A stretch of DNA of 26,811 nt, taken from positions 1 through 26,811 of the IMG/VR virus record IMGVR_UViG_3300042881_003763; one strand, given 5' to 3'. The stretch comes from a virus. Lineage: Duplodnaviria > Caudoviricetes. This document shows positions 14,673 through 23,698 of the stretch, in pieces. Below the pieces are notes generated by a model. It ran no database searches. It was not told the origin of the DNA and saw only the letters and a list, made by a program, of their open reading frames with translations. Numbering within the stretch: position 1 is the first letter of the stretch; every line of letters starts with the position of its first letter. The position numbers and the translations under genes were made by a program.

Positions 14673-15350
14673 ATGGCTACATCGGGCACGTCGAACTTCA
14701 ATCTGGAGTTCGATGACATCATCACCGAAGCGTACGAACGCTGCGGCTATGAGAATCGGGACGGTTACGACATGAAGACCGCCCTGCGCTCGATCAACCT
14801 CATGTTTGCGGAGTGGGCCAACCGCGGGCTGAACCTGTGGACGATTGAACAGCGGCAGATTCCGCTGGTTGTTGGCCAGTACGAGTACACGCTGCCGGAC
14901 GACACGGTGGATGCCCTGTCCGCGGTCATCCGCACCAATGCGGGTACCTCGAACCAGCAGGACATCACCATCGACCGTATTGGCTACGCCGAGTACCTGC
15001 ACGTTCCCAACAAGAACACGCGGTCGCGCCCGGCGCAGTACTTTGTGCAGCGCACGGCTCCGGCTAAGTTGTTCCTGTACCCGGCGCCGGATGCTACGAC
15101 CACCTACGAATTTCGGTACTACGTGATTCGTCGCATCCAGGACACTGGGGCGTACACGAACACCGCCGACATTTCGTTCCGGTTTTTGCCGTGCCTGATC
15201 GCGGGCCTCGCCTACTATCTGGCCATCAAAAAGGCCCCGGATCGCATCCAGATCCTCAAGTCGTTCTACGAAGAAGAGTTCTTCCGGGCTGCTACGGAAG
15301 ACCGTGAGCGGTCCAGCTACTTCGCCGTCCCGACCTACACAACGAGGTAG
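14673..15350 (+). CDS. Putative head-tail adaptor / tail tubular-type protein
   Basis: MATSGT..F, IITEAYERCG, EWANRGLNLWT, RPAQYF, LYPAPD and FLPCLIAGLAYYLA; typical position after the head genes. Confidence 0.65.
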   Translation: MATSGTSNFNLEFDDIITEAYERCGYENRDGYDMKTALRSINLMFAEWANRGLNLWTIEQRQIPLVVGQYEYTLPDDTVDALSAVIRTNAGTSNQQDITIDRIGYAEYLHVPNKNTRSRPAQYFVQRTAPAKLFLYPAPDATTTYEFRYYVIRRIQDTGAYTNTADISFRFLPCLIAGLAYYLAIKKAPDRIQILKSFYEEEFFRAATEDRERSSYFAVPTYTTR

Positions 15351-15352
15351 TC

Positions 15353-15688
15353 ATGGGCGCTGGGTTTGCATCAGGCAAGTTCGCGATTGCGCTGTGCGAC
15401 CAGTGTGGCCAGCGGTTCAAGCTCAACTCGCTGATCAAGGACTGGAGGGGCTTCAAGGTCTGCGACGAGTGCTACGAGCCCAAGCATCCGCAGTTGGAGC
15501 CCAAGCGCACGATTACCGAGCCCCAGGCCTTGTATCAGCCTCGTCCTGAAGCGACAATGGGCGTGACGGTATTCGTGGGGTTCACTGTGGACACTTCGTT
15601 TGCCAGCATTGGCATGTTGCCGATGCCTTATGCCAAGCCCTTGTGGGCGAACGCCTATTTGGGCTCAGTCCAGACGAGCATCACATGA
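15353..15688 (+). CDS. Zn-binding (2x CxxC) conserved phage protein
   Basis: CDQCG ... VCDECYEPKHPQ. Confidence 0.75.
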   Translation: MGAGFASGKFAIALCDQCGQRFKLNSLIKDWRGFKVCDECYEPKHPQLEPKRTITEPQALYQPRPEATMGVTVFVGFTVDTSFASIGMLPMPYAKPLWANAYLGSVQTSIT

Positions 15689-16347
15689 ACTACGCTCAAC
15701 TCACTGCGGCGATCATTGCTTACACCGAGAACCAGGACACCTCGTTCGCGGCGGAGATCCCGGTGTTTGTCAAACAGGCTGAGCAGCGTATCTATAACAC
15801 GGTCCAGCTTGCAAATTTGCGCAAGAACGTCACGGGCAACCTGACAGCCAACAACAAGTATCTGCAGTGCCCTAGCGATTTTTTGTCAACCTACTCTTTG
15901 GCAGTAGTTGACGGAACGGGTGCTTATACGTACCTGCAAAACAAGGACGTGAACTTTATTCGGCAGGTCTATCCAACTCCCACGTACACAGCGTTGCCAA
16001 AATACTACGCCATCTTTGGCCCCAGGTCTGACAACGAAGATGAGCTGACGTTTATTGTGGGCCCGACCCCTGATGCGGCCTACACGGTTGAGCTTCACTA
16101 TTACTACTACCCTGAGTCAATTACGGTGGCAGCTAATGGCCAGACTTGGCTGGGCGACAATTTTGATTCGGCGTTGCTGTACGGGTCGCTCATCGAGGCT
16201 TACACCTATATGAAGGGCGAAGCTGACATGATGGCCTTGTATAACCAAAAGTATTTGGAAGCTGTGGCGCTTCTGAAGAACTTGGGCGATGCCAAGCAGC
16301 GCGGGGATGCCTACCGCGATGGCCAAGTCAAGCTAAAGGTGCAGTGA
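15685..16347 (+). CDS. Putative neck/adaptor structural protein
   Basis: Start moved to ATG 15685 (ATGA coupling). MNYAQL, FVKQAEQRIY, PKYYA, GPTPD and LLYGSLIEAY loosely parallel the 14673 protein. Confidence 0.65.
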   Translation: MNYAQLTAAIIAYTENQDTSFAAEIPVFVKQAEQRIYNTVQLANLRKNVTGNLTANNKYLQCPSDFLSTYSLAVVDGTGAYTYLQNKDVNFIRQVYPTPTYTALPKYYAIFGPRSDNEDELTFIVGPTPDAAYTVELHYYYYPESITVAANGQTWLGDNFDSALLYGSLIEAYTYMKGEADMMALYNQKYLEAVALLKNLGDAKQRGDAYRDGQVKLKVQ

Positions 16348-16348
16348 C

Positions 16349-16765
16349 ATGATTACTGCGGGCTTGACCAACAGCTTTAAGGAACAGCTTCTGCTGGGCC
16401 AGCATGATCTTGAGACGGACACCCTCAAGATGGCGCTGTACACGTCCTCTGCCGTGTTGGGCCCTGGCACCACGGTCTACACCTCGGTGGGGGAAGTGTC
16501 GAGCGCGGGATACACCGCCGGGGGCGAGATTCTGGTGAACGTGACAGTCAACCTCAGCAATGGGGTGGCATATGCTTCGTTTGACAACCCGACCTGGATA
16601 GCTACCACCTTTGCGCCCCGCGGTGCCTTGATTTACAACGCCTCCAAGTCGAACAAGTCGATTGGGGTTTTGAATTTTGGTATTGACCAGACCACATTGA
16701 GTCAAAGTTTCCAGGTCCAACTTGGGCCTAACACCCCCGACAGTGCTTTAATTCGGATTATTTGA
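16349..16765 (+). CDS. Putative tail structural protein
   Basis: SFKEQLL.G.HD, KMALYTSSA, GYTAGG and RGALIYN motifs. Confidence 0.7.
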   Translation: MITAGLTNSFKEQLLLGQHDLETDTLKMALYTSSAVLGPGTTVYTSVGEVSSAGYTAGGEILVNVTVNLSNGVAYASFDNPTWIATTFAPRGALIYNASKSNKSIGVLNFGIDQTTLSQSFQVQLGPNTPDSALIRII

Positions 16766-16774
16766 GGAGTCATT

Positions 16775-17338
16775 ATGACCATCGACAAAATTACTGCGGT
16801 TGACAAAGTTGAGGCCGCATGCTCGTATAACACTCAGCCGTCTGATGAGATGGGCATCCACGGCACATACCATGCTGTGTGCCGCGACAAGGATGGCAAC
16901 ATCAAGTGGGAAGACGACATCAAGAACCTCGTGACGACGGTGGGTAAGAACCTGACGTTGGACACGATTCTTGGTAACTCTGCTGCGGGCGCAGTTGTCA
17001 TGGGCCTCAAGGGCACTGGCACTCCGTCAGCGGGCGACACCCAGGCTTCGCACGGCACGTGGAACGAAGTTGGTCTGGCTAATGCTCCGACTTACTCGGG
17101 CAACCGCAAGACGCCTTCGTTTAGCGCGGCATCGAGCGGCAGCAAGACCACTTCGTCTGCTGTGACGTTTAACATCACGTCGTCTGGTACGGTCGCTGGT
17201 TGCTTCATCAACATTGGTGGTAGCGCCACGATTGACAACACCACGGGAACGCTGTTTTCCGCAGGTGACTTCTCCAGTTCTAAGTCTGTGGTGAGCGGCG
17301 ATACCATCGCTGTGACCTACACCGCTACCTTGACCTGA
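16775..17338 (+). CDS. Putative tail structural protein
   Basis: GAGGAG RBS; W.D...NLVTTVGKN and GTLFSAGDF motifs; Ser/Thr/Gly-rich beta composition. Confidence 0.7.
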   Translation: MTIDKITAVDKVEAACSYNTQPSDEMGIHGTYHAVCRDKDGNIKWEDDIKNLVTTVGKNLTLDTILGNSAAGAVVMGLKGTGTPSAGDTQASHGTWNEVGLANAPTYSGNRKTPSFSAASSGSKTTSSAVTFNITSSGTVAGCFINIGGSATIDNTTGTLFSAGDFSSSKSVVSGDTIAVTYTATLT

Positions 17339-17339
17339 C

Positions 17340-18392
17340 ATGGCCTTTGGGTGGGGTGACGGCGCTTGGAGCGAGAAAGGCTGGGGCGGTGTTACCGCCT
17401 TCAGTGACTCCGTCTCTGAGTCTGCCACCCTTTCTGAAACACAGTCTGTTGATGCAACCCTAACCGGAAGCGTCACAGAAACTGCTGCGCTTGCGGAAAC
17501 GCAGGCGGGCGCAGCCACCTTCCCTGTCTCTGTTGCGGAATCTGTTGCGGCAACTGAGGATCAGTCGGTCAGCACTGTCTATGCGGATGCTGTTTCCGAA
17601 ACAGCGGCGCTGACTGAGACGCAGACCACCACGACCGCTTACAACGAGTCGGTCACAGAGTCCTCAGCCCTCTCGGAGACAAATGCCGGTGGGGCCACAT
17701 ATCCGGTTTCCGTTACCGAAAACTTGGTCACGCAGGTGGCCTGGGGTGGCGGCGGTTGGGGTATATCCTCTTGGGGCGGTGCGGACACCATCTCCGAGAC
17801 TCAGAGCGCCACGCTGATTTTGAATGTCTCCGTGACGGAGACAGCAGCAGCGTCCGAGACGCAAGACGCGCTTGTTGACTACACGGCGTCTGTCACCGAG
17901 ACGGCGGCTGCAACCGAAACCCAGTCAGTCAACGTCGATTACGCAGTCAGTGCCTCTGACTCCGTGGCTATTACTGACGACCAGAGCGTTGCCACCACCT
18001 ACGCGGTGAGCGTCACGGAGACGGCTGCGGCTACAGACGATGAACAGGTTGGACTGTTCTACGGTGAAACCGTCACCGAAACGGTAGCAACTTCAACTTC
18101 GGAATCTGCCGCCACTAGTTACACCGGGCTGTCGGTCACGGAAACCGCAGCCATCAGCAGCATAGAAGACGCCGCCACCACGTTTGTGGCATCTGTAATC
18201 GAGAATGCGACGATAGCCGCCCAGATCGCGGCCATCACAAACTACGGGGTATCCCGTACCGAAACCGCTGCCATCACCGAATCACAGACGGTGCGCTATT
18301 TCTGGGAAATCATTGATGACACCCAGACCGCAAATTGGCAGAATATCAACAACGTGCAGTCGTCCGGGTGGACGCCCGTGCCGACGACATAG
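17340..18392 (+). CDS. Acidic Thr/Ser/Ala/Glu-rich repeat protein with ~20 aa period and WG motifs (tail/fibre shaft-like)
   Basis: Repeated SV(T/S)E(T/S)AA..E.Q units; GWGDGAWSEKGWGG and WGGGGWGISSWGG segments; almost no K/R. Confidence 0.75.
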   Translation: MAFGWGDGAWSEKGWGGVTAFSDSVSESATLSETQSVDATLTGSVTETAALAETQAGAATFPVSVAESVAATEDQSVSTVYADAVSETAALTETQTTTTAYNESVTESSALSETNAGGATYPVSVTENLVTQVAWGGGGWGISSWGGADTISETQSATLILNVSVTETAAASETQDALVDYTASVTETAAATETQSVNVDYAVSASDSVAITDDQSVATTYAVSVTETAAATDDEQVGLFYGETVTETVATSTSESAATSYTGLSVTETAAISSIEDAATTFVASVIENATIAAQIAAITNYGVSRTETAAITESQTVRYFWEIIDDTQTANWQNINNVQSSGWTPVPTT

Positions 18393-18401
18393 GAGCCTTA
18401 G

Positions 18402-19700
18402 ATGCCCACCTCATACACCTCCCTTTTGGGCCTTGCCCTCCCGGTCACGGGTGAACTGTCCGGCACCTGGGGCGACACGGTAAACGACTACATCACCCAG
18501 TATGTAGACGCCGCTGCCGCAGGTACGCAGACCATCAGCGGTTCTCAGACGGCAGTAACCCTCACGGTTACCAACGGCTCTTCGCTGACTCAGGTTGGCT
18601 CTGGCGCTTCTGGCTCTGCCCAGTACGCGGTGATCAACTGCACGGGCAATCCGGCAAGTTTGCTGACCATCACGGCTCCGGCCTCAAGCCGTCAGTACCT
18701 GATCATTAACGCCACATCCACCAGCCAGTCGGTCAAGATCGTAGGCGCAGGCCCAACGACAGGCGTGACCTTGGTGGCGACGGAAAGCGCCATCGTTGCG
18801 TGGAATGGCAGCGACTATGTGAAGGTGGCGTCTAGCACGGCTGATGGCGTGACGACCTTCAGCGCAGGCACCACGGGCTTCACGCCCAACTCCGCCACTT
18901 CCGGCGCAGTCACCCTGGCGGGAACGCTTGCCACCACGAACGGCGGCACGGGTCTGACCTCGTTCACCGCAAACGGTGTTGTTTACGCATCGTCTAGCAG
19001 TGCGCTTGCCACGGGGAGTGCGCTAGGTTTTGACGGAACGCGGTTGTTGGTACAGACAGCCTCTTCCAACATAACAAGTTCGGAAAGACTTACAGTAGCC
19101 GGGACGGGAACAATCGCAGCAAATAGCACATCAGTTCCTGCAATTTACGCACAAAACACCGATACCACCGCATCTACCAATCAGCCTTACATTTATCTCC
19201 ATGACGGTACCGCCAGCCGCGCTGGGTTGGGGGTTAACTACACAGATTCCGCATTAGTCCTGAATGGGCTTGCAGGCATCTATTTCCGCTACGGCGGGAA
19301 CGGAATGGGCACCACCGAAGGTATGCGGATCACCTCCGCAGGCTTCACGCAGCCTGTGGCCTACGCCGACACGGTCTCTGCCCTGGGTAACACCGGGACA
19401 GCCAAGACCATCGACCTTAAGACCGCCAACGTCTTTACTGCTACGCTGACGGGCAACTGCACATTCACGCTGTCCAATCCCATCGCTACGGGCTCGTCTT
19501 CGTTCACGTTGATCTTGACGAACGACGGCACAGCCGGTAGAACTGTGGCTTGGTCTGGCGGTAGTTTTGTTTTCCCCGGCGGGGCAGCGTCCCTGTCTCG
19601 TACAACCACGGCAAACGCCGTTGACGTTTGGGTTTTCTTCACCCCGAACGGAGGCACGACGTGGTACGGCAATATCGCCATGAAGAACATGACCGCTTAA
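18402..19700 (+). CDS. Tail fibre protein
   Basis: N-terminal LGLALP.TGELSGTWG anchor-type motif, GTL...NGGTG fibre repeat, and C-terminal TIDL...F..TLTGN.TFT...FTLIL...W..FPGG domain. AGGAG RBS. Confidence 0.8.
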   Translation: MPTSYTSLLGLALPVTGELSGTWGDTVNDYITQYVDAAAAGTQTISGSQTAVTLTVTNGSSLTQVGSGASGSAQYAVINCTGNPASLLTITAPASSRQYLIINATSTSQSVKIVGAGPTTGVTLVATESAIVAWNGSDYVKVASSTADGVTTFSAGTTGFTPNSATSGAVTLAGTLATTNGGTGLTSFTANGVVYASSSSALATGSALGFDGTRLLVQTASSNITSSERLTVAGTGTIAANSTSVPAIYAQNTDTTASTNQPYIYLHDGTASRAGLGVNYTDSALVLNGLAGIYFRYGGNGMGTTEGMRITSAGFTQPVAYADTVSALGNTGTAKTIDLKTANVFTATLTGNCTFTLSNPIATGSSSFTLILTNDGTAGRTVAWSGGSFVFPGGAASLSRTTTANAVDVWVFFTPNGGTTWYGNIAMKNMTA

Positions 19701-19712
19701 TAGGAGCAAGAA

Positions 19713-20012
19713 ATGGCTTTGACCCCAGAACAACAGGCAGACATTGATATGCAAGAGGCCCGCGAAGCGGGTCGTCGCGCACATGAGCAGGCGATGGAAG
19801 CGGCTCGTCAGGCTAATTCTTTGGCCTCAATTCAAGCGCAAGCAGCAGCCCAGGCGGCAATGCAATCTAAGCAGGCCAAACTGGAGGCTGTGCGTCTTGC
19901 CAAGGAGACGTTGCTTGAGAACGCCCGCAGCAGGCCCGTGGATGCTCGTGACGTGACCGTTGCCGACATTACGGCGTTTGCTCAGGCGCTTCTCAACTAC
20001 ATTGATGCCTGA
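19713..20012 (+). CDS. Helical Ala/Gln-rich hypothetical protein
   Basis: AGGAG RBS; KLEAVRLAKETLLEN motif; stop overlaps the next start. Confidence 0.8.
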   Translation: MALTPEQQADIDMQEAREAGRRAHEQAMEAARQANSLASIQAQAAAQAAMQSKQAKLEAVRLAKETLLENARSRPVDARDVTVADITAFAQALLNYIDA

Positions 20013-20605
20013 TGCAAGGTTTTGCTTACTTCCCGGCTATCGTCTACCGAGATGAGCGGCCCGACCTTGTGGAAAAAGTGCTTCCGACATGCATCCAATA
20101 TCTGGATCAAGTTCGCAAGCCCGAGTGGCCCATGTGTCAGTCCGCGCATCTTGGGAACGAGCCTGCCTTGCAGGAAGTAGCAAATTACCTTCTGGTGTCG
20201 TGCGCAGACCTGCTTCGTGGGCAGGGGTACGCAGTGGATCGGTACGACTTCTACCTCTCCGGCCTTTGGGCGCAGGAGATAAGTCGCGGGGCGGGCACGG
20301 ACGTGCATGTTCACAAGAACAGCCAGATGTGCGGGTGGTTCTTCCTCGAAACCCCGCAGGGCGGCGCGTATCCGATCTACCACGACACCCGCATGAACAA
20401 GTCCATGATCGAACTGGACTTCATGCAGGGCGAAGAAATCACAACTGCCACAAGCATGATCCATTTCAACAACATGGCGCCCGGTACCGTGATGTTTGGA
20501 AACTCATGGATGCGGCATCAATTAACCGGCAGCAATGCCGAAACCCCGACACGGTGTATTCACTTCATCGTGTCCCACAAGGAGCGCCCTTGCAGCACGT
20601 GCTAA
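20012..20605 (+). CDS. 2OG-Fe(II) oxygenase, TIGR02466-like (HxH type)
   Basis: HVHKNSQMCG..F, F.NSWMRH and TRCIHF match the HxH...H...R pattern. Confidence 0.8.
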   Translation: MQGFAYFPAIVYRDERPDLVEKVLPTCIQYLDQVRKPEWPMCQSAHLGNEPALQEVANYLLVSCADLLRGQGYAVDRYDFYLSGLWAQEISRGAGTDVHVHKNSQMCGWFFLETPQGGAYPIYHDTRMNKSMIELDFMQGEEITTATSMIHFNNMAPGTVMFGNSWMRHQLTGSNAETPTRCIHFIVSHKERPCSTC

Positions 20606-21177
20606 CGCCTTATGCCGCCGATGTAGAACCTTTTGTATGGTGGGAAAACGGCTTTACGGAGCAGGAACTTAACTGGCTCCAAGAGCAGGCCATTAAGGCA
20701 GACCAGCAGGCGCAGGTCGGCGGCGGCGCAGATGGGGTGACGCTAAAACAAGTCAGGCGATCTCAGATTTCTTGGTTGGGCAAGGCGCAAGACACGGCAT
20801 GGGTGTTTGAAAAACTTGGACATATTGCTTCGGCGCTTAATGCCCAGTACTATCGGTTTGATCTGACAGGTTTTGGTGAACGGCTGCAATTAACTAATTA
20901 CGATCAATCTGAACAAGGGATGTACGGATGGCACGTGGATTATGGGGGCAAGGCAAGTCCGAGCCGGAAACTCAGTCTGGTCCTTCAGTTGACCGACCCG
21001 AGTCAGTACGAGGGGGGAAACCTCCAAATTCTTACTGGTGGTCAGCCGCAAAACGTCCGCAAGCAGCGGGGGCTGGTGGCAGCATTTCCTTCGTATGTAC
21101 TCCACCAAGTAACCCCCGTGACAAGCGGTAATCGTCAATCCCTTGTGGCCTGGATTTCCGGACCCGCATTCAAATGA
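20590..21177 (+). CDS. 2OG-Fe(II) oxygenase, prolyl-4-hydroxylase/PKHD-like
   Basis: TTG start after AAGGAG (20579-84). YGWHVD, RKLSLVLQL, YEGG.L and FPSYVLHQVTPVTSGNRQSLVAW give HxD...H...RxS. Confidence 0.9.
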   Translation: MQHVLTPYAADVEPFVWWENGFTEQELNWLQEQAIKADQQAQVGGGADGVTLKQVRRSQISWLGKAQDTAWVFEKLGHIASALNAQYYRFDLTGFGERLQLTNYDQSEQGMYGWHVDYGGKASPSRKLSLVLQLTDPSQYEGGNLQILTGGQPQNVRKQRGLVAAFPSYVLHQVTPVTSGNRQSLVAWISGPAFK

Positions 21178-21770
21178 ACATTAACTACAACGGTTTTATT
21201 GGGATATATGATGACGTATATCCAGAAGGCTATTGCCAACATCTAATCAAAGAATTTGATCGGCTTAAAGATGCCGGTGCGGGTTTTAATCGTCGTCAAT
21301 CAGAAGGTGCGCCAGAAACTGTAAAAAATGATCACCAAATTGGTTTTGGGCTCAGGGGGCATGAAGTAGCACTCTTTGAAGAGGGTAATACAGTAGATAT
21401 ATTTTTTAACGGTCTACAAAGATGCTATGACCAGTATTGCGAAAAGTTTTCATCTTTAAGGGATGGAAAAATTCGCGGGACTATTATGAAGTTGCAGCGC
21501 ACTGACCCCGGAGGGGGATATCACGTTTGGCACGGTGAGCAGGGCAACGGGGAGCACGCTAATCGCGTGCTTGTCTATATGCTGTATCTAAATTCTTTGG
21601 CTCCCGAAGAGGCCGGAGAGACAGAGTTTTTGTACCAGCAGCAGCGATTTCGTCCTACAGAAAATCAAATGATTTTGTGGCCCGCTGCTTATACCCACAC
21701 GCATCGCGGTAATACGGTGTTTGGCGAGCGTTCAAAGTATATTGTCACAGGATGGTTCTACTATGACTGA
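21174..21770 (+). CDS. 2OG-Fe(II) oxygenase (HxE type)
   Basis: GGGYHVWHGE, RVLVYMLYLN, GETEF, WPAAYTHTHRGN and KYIVTGW. Confidence 0.88.
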   Translation: MNINYNGFIGIYDDVYPEGYCQHLIKEFDRLKDAGAGFNRRQSEGAPETVKNDHQIGFGLRGHEVALFEEGNTVDIFFNGLQRCYDQYCEKFSSLRDGKIRGTIMKLQRTDPGGGYHVWHGEQGNGEHANRVLVYMLYLNSLAPEEAGETEFLYQQQRFRPTENQMILWPAAYTHTHRGNTVFGERSKYIVTGWFYYD

Positions 21771-22350
21771 TGCAGAACATTTTGAAAAACACGGTTGTGT
21801 GCTGGTCAAAAACTTTATTGACGAGCAGACTATTTCAGTCGTTTCTAAATATTTTGAAAACAAAATACGTCGCGGCGAGTGGAAAGAACTCACCAAGGAC
21901 GGCGACCCCACTTCTCGCTACGCTTATTATGCCGATCCTTTGGTTGAGGTTTTACTTGAGGCAAGTAGGCAATCGGTAGAAGATGCAACTGGCAAGGAGT
22001 TGGTCCCGACTTATTCTTATTCTCGCATATACCAGCCGGGCGAGTCGCTTAGACCTCACGTTGATCGACCATCGTGCGAAATTAGTGTGACGATCAATGT
22101 CGCCACAAAAGGAGATTTTTCCCCGGTATATACGCAGTACGGAAAAAACGACCCTGAAAAGCACGTATTGAACCCAGGGGATGCCGTCATATACCTAGGA
22201 TGCGACGTAATGCATTGGCGTCAGCCGCTTGGGGATAATCAGTTAAATGTCCAATTTATGTTGCACTACGTGGACAAAAATGGGCCAAACGCTGATTACG
22301 CAAAAGACAGGCGCCCGGACTATGGCTTTAACTCTAGTGTAGGGGGCTAA
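21763..22350 (+). CDS. 2OG-Fe(II) oxygenase-like protein (HxDRPSCE type)
   Basis: Start moved to ATG 21763. PTYSYSRIY, LRPHVDRPSCEIS, GDAVIY.G...HWR and FMLHYV. Confidence 0.82.
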   Translation: MTDAEHFEKHGCVLVKNFIDEQTISVVSKYFENKIRRGEWKELTKDGDPTSRYAYYADPLVEVLLEASRQSVEDATGKELVPTYSYSRIYQPGESLRPHVDRPSCEISVTINVATKGDFSPVYTQYGKNDPEKHVLNPGDAVIYLGCDVMHWRQPLGDNQLNVQFMLHYVDKNGPNADYAKDRRPDYGFNSSVGG

Positions 22351-22351
22351 G

Positions 22352-23698
22352 ATGCCAGCAGGAACTCCTAAAGTTGCAATGTTTGGTCGTTCGCTCGTCC
22401 CGGGCGGCACACAAACATTTAATTCTTCCGGCACATTTACGGTGCCGGTGGGCGTTTCTAGGGTCAGTATTACCGGCAAGGGTGCAACCGGCGCAGCCGG
22501 TAATTCAGGTAATCCAGGCAACTCTGGGGGCACAGGAAATTCTGGCTCGTCAGGTAACGCTGGTGGTGGGGGTGCGGGCGGCGGCGGCGGAGTGACTGCC
22601 TGTGCAGTGGGTTGCAATCCCAGTAGCCTAAGCAATACTATCTATGTGGGGCAGGGCGCAAATCTACCTTGCAGACCTTTATGCACTTCTCAGCGATCTG
22701 GATTGGGCGGTGCAGGTGGAAGTGGTGCAGGTGCCGCTGGATATCCGTGTTCTCCTCCTTTTACTCCTTTTCGCCCATATGCTATCAATACCTGTCCTGC
22801 GTGGCCTGTAACTTGCCGCACTAATGTATTTGTCGGGCCGTGGTTTAACTTTTTTTTAGCAAACGTCAACACAAATGTGTTTTTTGGTGGCTCAGGCAGT
22901 TCCGGTGGCGGCGGGAATACTGGGTCAAGCGGAAATACAGGAACCGCAGGAAATCCGGGCAATCCGGGAAATGCTGGAGCAACGGGCGCATCCTCTAGTG
23001 GACTTGGTCAAACTTTTACTGGAGGTGCCGGGGGGAACGCTGGCTCCGGCGGCTCCGGCGGCTCCGGTGGGGCCGGTGGGGCTGGAGGGAATGGGGGCAG
23101 TGGAGGTACCGGAGGGGGTGGAGGCAAGGCCGCATTTCTTGGGTCCAATCCAAGCAACTTATACGGTTTTAACCCCACATGCGCGCGGCGTGTTGGTGGA
23201 AAAGCCGGTACTGCTGGAAATGGTGCTGGGGCAGGGGGATGTAGTTATAACGCAACGACCTCATTTCCATTTGGTACGCTTGTTTCAGGGGGAGGAGGCG
23301 GCGCAGGCGCGTGTAATGACGGTTCAGGTGCGCCGTCTTGCGCGTATACGCGAGCGGCGGGAGGAAATCCTGGCGGTGGGGCAGGAGGTATGGCGCAAGA
23401 TGGGTGTAAAAACGGAGGAGCCGGAACAAATCCTCGCGCAGGCGGTGGAGGCGGCGATGGTGCCCGAAATGTCGGCAACTTTTCAGCAGGTGGCGGCGGA
23501 GGCGGTCGTGGAAACGCAGGAAATCCGGGTAGTTCGGGCAGCGCAGGCGGCGCGGGAAATCCCGGTAACGCAGGCAATCCGGGTTCAGCAGCAAATCCTT
23601 CCACAGTAAACTGCGTAGCGGTAACGCCTGGAACTTCTTATCCCATTTCAGTTGGAAGCCCCGGTGGGCAGGTCACAATCAGTTGGAATCCGCAATGA
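22352..23698 (+). CDS. Glycine-rich fibre/adhesin-like protein with Gly-X-Y tracts (many Gly-Asn-Pro) and 13 Cys
   Basis: Starts TQTFNSSGTFTVP.GV and ends VTPGTSYPISVG...GQVTISW, as in phage glycine-rich domains. Contains three G-X-Y tracts and one GGX tract. Confidence 0.8.
   Translation: MPAGTPKVAMFGRSLVPGGTQTFNSSGTFTVPVGVSRVSITGKGATGAAGNSGNPGNSGGTGNSGSSGNAGGGGAGGGGGVTACAVGCNPSSLSNTIYVGQGANLPCRPLCTSQRSGLGGAGGSGAGAAGYPCSPPFTPFRPYAINTCPAWPVTCRTNVFVGPWFNFFLANVNTNVFFGGSGSSGGGGNTGSSGNTGTAGNPGNPGNAGATGASSSGLGQTFTGGAGGNAGSGGSGGSGGAGGAGGNGGSGGTGGGGGKAAFLGSNPSNLYGFNPTCARRVGGKAGTAGNGAGAGGCSYNATTSFPFGTLVSGGGGGAGACNDGSGAPSCAYTRAAGGNPGGGAGGMAQDGCKNGGAGTNPRAGGGGGDGARNVGNFSAGGGGGGRGNAGNPGSSGSAGGAGNPGNAGNPGSAANPSTVNCVAVTPGTSYPISVGSPGGQVTISWNPQ

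Noticed and set aside
3791-15002. Long minus-strand ORFs (e.g. 3791-4894, 6632-7543, 9587-10417, 11674-12375, 13851-15002)
   Set aside because: These are antisense shadows of GC-rich plus-strand genes that have clear motifs and RBSs; they show no recognisable domains.
20089-20589. 5' extension of the 362 aa ORF, suggesting a long or frameshift-fused oxygenase
   Set aside because: The extension overlaps the 20012 oxygenase out of frame and reads as non-protein-like. An AAGGAG plus TTG start at 20590 explains the real gene, and no slippery site was seen.
23030-23130. GGCTCCGGC-type short tandem DNA repeats as a separate repeat element
   Set aside because: They are fully explained by the GGS/GGA peptide repeats of the Gly-rich protein.
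18402-23698. Diversity-generating retroelement acting on fibre genes
   Set aside because: No reverse transcriptase and no template/variable repeat pair differing at adenines was seen in the window.
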